From an uncultured Desulfovibrionaceae bacterium (GTDB lineage Bacteria > Desulfobacterota > Desulfovibrionia > Desulfovibrionales > Desulfovibrionaceae), in the NCBI GenBank assembly GCA_964369505.1, contig CAYJGS010000001.1, positions 1,605 through 58,384 on the forward strand: a stretch of DNA of 56,780 nt, written 5' to 3'. This document shows, piece by piece, positions 53,129 to 56,780 of this stretch. Under the pieces are notes generated by a model. The model worked only from the letters and a program-made list of their open reading frames with translations. It was not told the DNA's origin and did not search any database. Positions within the stretch are counted from its first letter, which is position 1; every line of letters starts with the position of its first letter. Made by a program: the position numbers and the translations under genes.

Positions 53129-54786
53129 TAGGTGCTCTCCTGTGAAGTCAAGGGGGCAAGGGGTATGAGTATTTTAAAAGTCGTTCCCGTATGCTTTTTG
53201 GATGAAGGTTTTTTGGATTTAGATAATAATGGTTTAGTTGTGGGCATGTTGGCAGCGTTCACCGACTGCACGCTAATGCTTGCCCCATGCGCTTCTAGTA
53301 TCTTATGCACCGTAGCAAGGCCAAGCCCTGTACCGTGCCCCTTGGTGGTAAAATACGGATCAAAAATATGCGCCAAATGTTCCTTGGCTATACCTTGTCC
53401 TGTGTCTTTTATCTCTAAAGTAAGCCCATGTTTAGCACGCGCGTACATAATTAAATACAAATGCCCCCCTTCGGGCATGGCTTCAATGGCATTTAAGCAA
53501 ATATTAAGCAAGGCTTGTCCAAAACGGTCCACGTCCACCAAAACCTTGGGCAAAGGTCGACGCGAGCGGCGCACGTGCAGTTGCACACCATTTTTGTTGG
53601 CATCTTGTTGCACAAGGCGCATGATATGTTCCACCACCACGGCCATGTCGGTGGGCACAGCTTGAATGTCCGTTGGGCGAGAAAGCCCAATAAGGTCAGT
53701 TATTACCCTGTTTAAACGGTCCACTTCGCGCACCATCACATGCGCGGCTTGCCTGTCTTCACTTCCTTCGGCAAAACGCTGCCCAAAATATGTGGCATAT
53801 CCCTTGATAGAGCTTAAAGGATTCCGAATTTCATGGGCAACACCTGCGGCCAGATTGCCTATGGCGGCCATTTTTTCTTTGCGTGCAACCTCTGCTTCTA
53901 GCTGGCGCACTTGTCCCTCTGCCGCATGCTGCCTTTGTCGCGATTCCTGCGCTCTTTGCGCATAATATAAAGAAAGCAACAAAGCCATACCCACTAAAAC
54001 GCCGCCGCCGCCCAATGCCCAAAGCTGCATGCGGCTCTGGGCTTGGCTGCGCTCTAAGGGGCCTATGTCTAAGCCTAGAAAAATAAGCGGTTGTGCTATG
54101 TTACGCGCATTTTGTGCAGTATTATCTCGAGGCGGTCGCCGAAAATCCGGACGAGGCGGCCTGGGCATATTTTTTTCACGTTCTTTTCTTATGAGGGGCA
54201 TCATAAAAGGCCTGTATACCACAAAGGAACGCGTGCCCTCGGTTTTTGCCATAAACCAACGTACTTGCTCCTCTTCATCAATTTCTGAAATGTTTTGCAG
54301 TAACTCTTTGTTAGCTTCTTGTCCGTCTATTTCTAATATCTGACCAAGGCGTCCGGGTAAGTTGTGGGTTAAAATGGTGCCGTCCGGCAAAACAATGGCG
54401 ATAAAGCGCACATCACCGCCAACCATTTCTTGCAAAGAACGCTGCAATTGCAAAGGACGTCGCTCGCGTATGGCTATGCGCATGGTATTTTCTACAGCCT
54501 GCACAAGGGCGGCACCTTCGCCAGTCAAAAGTTTTATGGTGGTGGATTCATTTTGCCCAATGGATACAGCGGTAAGTGCTATAACTACAAGCATAAGCAA
54601 GCCTGTGGCTCCCAAAACGGGCCACATGGTCAAAAAAGCTCGACCAGGCTGTGTGTTGGACGACACATCAGATTGAAATGCTTTGCTTTTAGAAGTGCTG
54701 GGCATGGGTTGGCTTTGTTCATGTTGTAAAGACGCAGCCCCATGAAGATCGTGTTGGTCTTTCATAAGCAAAGCATAGCCATACAA
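53128..54786 (-). CDS. Sensor histidine kinase (ZraS/AtoS-like) cognate to the NtrC-family regulator
   Basis: The H-box is AHEIRNPLSSIKGY. The N box is LLNICLNAIEAM and the G boxes are DTGQGI and GTGLGL. Two TM segments flank a periplasmic domain. Its stop overlaps the regulator start (TAATG). The start is uncertain: TTG at 54786 in the ORF track, ATG at 54765. Confidence 0.85.
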   Translation of the reverse strand: MYGYALLMKDQHDLHGAASLQHEQSQPMPSTSKSKAFQSDVSSNTQPGRAFLTMWPVLGATGLLMLVVIALTAVSIGQNESTTIKLLTGEGAALVQAVENTMRIAIRERRPLQLQRSLQEMVGGDVRFIAIVLPDGTILTHNLPGRLGQILEIDGQEANKELLQNISEIDEEEQVRWFMAKTEGTRSFVVYRPFMMPLIRKEREKNMPRPPRPDFRRPPRDNTAQNARNIAQPLIFLGLDIGPLERSQAQSRMQLWALGGGGVLVGMALLLSLYYAQRAQESRQRQHAAEGQVRQLEAEVARKEKMAAIGNLAAGVAHEIRNPLSSIKGYATYFGQRFAEGSEDRQAAHVMVREVDRLNRVITDLIGLSRPTDIQAVPTDMAVVVEHIMRLVQQDANKNGVQLHVRRSRRPLPKVLVDVDRFGQALLNICLNAIEAMPEGGHLYLIMYARAKHGLTLEIKDTGQGIAKEHLAHIFDPYFTTKGHGTGLGLATVHKILEAHGASISVQSVNAANMPTTKPLLSKSKKPSSKKHTGTTFKILIPLAPLTSQEST

Positions 54787-54843
54787 GGAGCATTAGACAA
54801 GTAGAAAAGATTTGCTCGCGGAGGAAATTGTTTTCGCGAAATA

Positions 54844-54858
54844 TGGCACGATTTTTGC
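54844..54858 (+). promoter_or_regulatory. Sigma-54 (-24/-12) promoter for the first ZraP/Spy-like gene
   Basis: TGGCAC-gattt-TTGC is an exact match to TGGCAC-N5-TTGC. It lies 110 nt upstream of the ATG at 54969 and is divergent from the sensor and sigma-54 activator operon. Confidence 0.8.
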
Positions 54859-54968
54859 TTTTGTTTTGTCGGGGAAGTAGAAAACTTTTTACCAAAAATG
54901 AAAATTAGTTACATATGCGCATTGCGAAAATACGCATAAAAATATATCTACAATAACAGGACGCAATT

Positions 54969-55433
54969 ATGAAGCAATATACAATATATATAGGACTTTT
55001 GGCTTTGGCGGCTTTTGGCTTGGCTTTTAGTGTGCAGGCTAAAGAGCACAATACCATGCGTTGGACACAAGAACTTTCTGAAAAGCAAATCCGCATGGCT
55101 ACAGATATTATTGATGCAATGAAACCACAAGTGCAAACATTACGCGAAGATGTGCGCAATAAAATGCAAGCACTTAAAGAATTTCATTATACAGACATCG
55201 AAGATCATAATGAATTGGCTAGGCTTGGGCACGAATTGCAACAGTCTCGTGAAGCTTTGCGTAATGTTCTTTTAGAGTTGGACGCGCGTCTTTTGCAAGA
55301 AGTTGGGGTTTCCTTGCACGAAGCTTATAGAGGGCGCAATTGTGAAAGCCTTACGGAAGCAAAGCACAGCTCAGCTCGCCCACTATTTATGACTACTAAT
55401 GTGCAAAACCATAACCCCCACCATCAAGAATAA
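54969..55433 (+). CDS. Periplasmic Spy/CpxP/ZraP-family protein, paralog 1
   Basis: The ORF is 154 aa. A signal peptide ends SVQA|K. The mature part is helical, with an LSEKQ (LTxxQ-like) motif. It follows a sigma-54 promoter. Confidence 0.7.
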   Translation: MKQYTIYIGLLALAAFGLAFSVQAKEHNTMRWTQELSEKQIRMATDIIDAMKPQVQTLREDVRNKMQALKEFHYTDIEDHNELARLGHELQQSREALRNVLLELDARLLQEVGVSLHEAYRGRNCESLTEAKHSSARPLFMTTNVQNHNPHHQE

Positions 55434-55459
55434 AAAATCCGCTCATAAATCTGTTAATA

Positions 55460-55491
55460 CCGCTCGCAAATTATTTGTGGGCGGTTTTTTT
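55460..55491 (+). terminator. Rho-independent terminator
   Basis: The stem is ccgctcgcaaa/tttgtgggcgg (two G:U pairs) with a 3-nt loop. It is followed by T7. Confidence 0.8.
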
Positions 55492-55536
55492 GTGCAATGT
55501 ACACGAAACCTTTTCTGTCTAAAAAAAATACACCTG

Positions 55537-55580
55537 CATAAAATTTATACACTGGAAAAATGCTTGTGTATAAAATTTAG
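55537..55580. promoter_or_regulatory. Inverted repeat, candidate enhancer (UAS) for the sigma-54 activator
   Basis: The sequence is cataaaatttatacac-N13-gtgtataaaatttag. The arms are about 12 bp and nearly perfect. It is centred about 95 bp upstream of the -24/-12 element at 55650. Confidence 0.45.
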
Positions 55581-55649
55581 TAAGTCCCTTCAAGTGGCGG
55601 ATTTGTAATTTTATATTTAATTTCAATAGAATACGCCATTGAACAGCTT

Positions 55650-55664
55650 TGGCACGCACCTTGC
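55650..55664 (+). promoter_or_regulatory. Sigma-54 (-24/-12) promoter for the second ZraP-like gene
   Basis: TGGCAC-gcacc-TTGC is an exact consensus match. It lies 72 nt upstream of the ATG at 55736. Confidence 0.8.
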
Positions 55665-55735
55665 TATTACCAAGGCACAGGGACAAACCCTTAATAAGCT
55701 GCTCAAGCAGAAAGACGAACCCTAAGGAGATATAT

Positions 55736-56251
55736 ATGACTACGAAAAAAATTCTTGTTCCCGCTCTTGTGGCTGCCATGCTTTGCGGTGGTGCCGTAAT
55801 GAGCACTGATGCTGAAGCCCGCGGCGGATTTCATGGTGGGCAATGTGGCAACTATCAAAGTAACCTTACTGACGAACAACGCGCCAAGGCTCGTGAGCTT
55901 GTCATGCAGTCTAAAAAAGCCAACGAAGATTTGCGCAACAGCATTTTTGTAAAAGAAAATGAACTTCGCGCCCTGCATAATGCCACCAATCCTGATGTGC
56001 AAGCTGTGTCTAAGGCTGCATCTGAATTAACCGCGTTACGCCAGCAATTACGCGATGCTCGCGAAAAATTGGGCAAAGATATTGATACAGCCCTTGGACT
56101 TGAGCCCGGCACACATGCCTTTTTGGGGCAAGGTAACCACCGCGGTGAAGGCAAACATAGATCATATGGGCAAGGACATGGACGCGATGACCGCCGCGGT
56201 AGACAACACGGGTATGGTGGCGGCCAACACATGGGAAATGGACATTATTAA
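55736..56251 (+). CDS. ZraP-like periplasmic protein with His/Gly-rich C-terminal tail, paralog 2
   Basis: The protein is 171 aa from the ATG at 55736, with an AAGGAGA RBS. It has a signal peptide (..STDAEA|R) and the LTDEQ (LTxxQ) motif. The tail is GNHRGEGKHRSYGQGHGRDDRRGRQHGYGGGQHMGNGHY. Confidence 0.75.
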   Translation: MTTKKILVPALVAAMLCGGAVMSTDAEARGGFHGGQCGNYQSNLTDEQRAKARELVMQSKKANEDLRNSIFVKENELRALHNATNPDVQAVSKAASELTALRQQLRDAREKLGKDIDTALGLEPGTHAFLGQGNHRGEGKHRSYGQGHGRDDRRGRQHGYGGGQHMGNGHY

Positions 56252-56405
56252 AAATATATCAGCAATAAATATACAAACAACAATATACTAATATAACAGC
56301 GGATAACGCTTAACTATATACGGAATGCGGCTTCATCCACCGCATAGGTAACGAAATAAACCTTTAACCTCCTCCTTTTATAAACCCAAATACAACTCCT
56401 CATGT

Positions 56406-56439
56406 GGCCGTCGCGTTCTGCGACGGCCAAGGCTTTTTT
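56406..56439 (+). terminator. Probable terminator after the second ZraP-like gene
   Basis: The stem is the 9-bp G+C-rich ggccgtcgc/gcgacggcc. A T6 run follows after a 5-nt spacer. Confidence 0.5.
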
Positions 56440-56672
56440 AGCAATGCTAACTAAATTTTAAAAAATCCATAATAAAAATATTTTGTTAAATATGCGCACC
56501 ATTTTTTAGATACACAAAAAACAACGAAAATAAAAATAATGAGCAGCCTGTAGTTTTTTGAAAATTGCTATTTTTATAAAAATAAACTAGCTCTATCTTT
56601 CTAATTTAGTACAAGTTTTTGTAAAAATAAACCTACAGTTTTAATTTTATTAAAAAAAATACATTTTATAGC

Positions 56673-56701
56673 TTGACAACCTCAAGCTAACACCATATTG
56701 T
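56673..56701 (+). promoter_or_regulatory. Sigma-70 promoter with A/T-rich UP-like element for the initiator tRNA
   Basis: TTGACA (56673-56678), a 17-nt spacer, then TATTGT (56696-56701). About 30 nt of A/T-rich sequence precedes it. The tRNA 5' end lies 30 nt downstream of the -10 element. Confidence 0.65.
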
Positions 56702-56730
56702 CTCCTTTCTGGTTAACAAAAACCACATGT

Positions 56731-56780
<50 letters not shown>

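Overview
This is a chromosomal window from a Gram-negative bacterium. Sigma-54/NtrC-type regulation, MCP/CheX chemotaxis parts and Cache-type sensor kinases fit a Desulfovibrionaceae-like organism, but that taxonomic guess is inference only. Contents from left to right: (1) A G+C-rich tandem repeat sits at the window edge. (2) A visibly AT-rich island of about 8 kb (about 250-8500) is the best candidate for an undescribed system. All on the minus strand, it encodes a 65-aa double-glycine-leader peptide, a membrane-anchored periplasmic-binding-fold protein, a HlyD-type adaptor, a C39-peptidase ABC exporter and a second ABC exporter that lacks the peptidase domain. This is an NHLM-type export triad, but the substrate is not NHLP/Nif11-like and no maturase is present. 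(3) A surface-glycan cluster of about 18 kb (8.5-26.6 kb) contains WbpE/WbpB/WbpD-type genes for a 2,3-diacetamido uronic acid, a formyltransferase-fold protein, a GumK-like and several GT-B glycosyltransferases. It also contains an AsnB-type amidotransferase, a 2-epimerase flanked by two paralogous genes, a second WbpB paralog, a PglK-like ABC exporter and an MBOAT/SGNH pair. (4) Next come an MCP and tRNA-Leu(UAG). (5) A membrane sulfatase-TPR protein, a SAM methyltransferase and a small secreted peptide follow. (6) A 1245-aa hybrid sensor kinase comes next. (7) Housekeeping-type genes follow: a metallophosphoesterase, an NCS2 purine permease, CheX, a glycosyltransferase and a VOC protein. 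(8) An SbcD/YhaO-like nuclease is paired with a 1385-aa YhaN/SbcC-like ATPase that has a membrane hairpin. (9) A Sel1-repeat protein follows. (10) A ZraSR-like two-component system lies divergent from two ZraP/Spy-like genes, each with a textbook sigma-54 promoter. (11) The 5' part of an initiator tRNA-Met ends the window. Four copies of a multi-hairpin repeat of about 150 nt, showing compensatory base changes, are scattered in intergenic regions. I saw no integrase, transposase, CRISPR array, rRNA or phage genes. All homology statements come from reading motifs and from memory of protein families. No database search was run.
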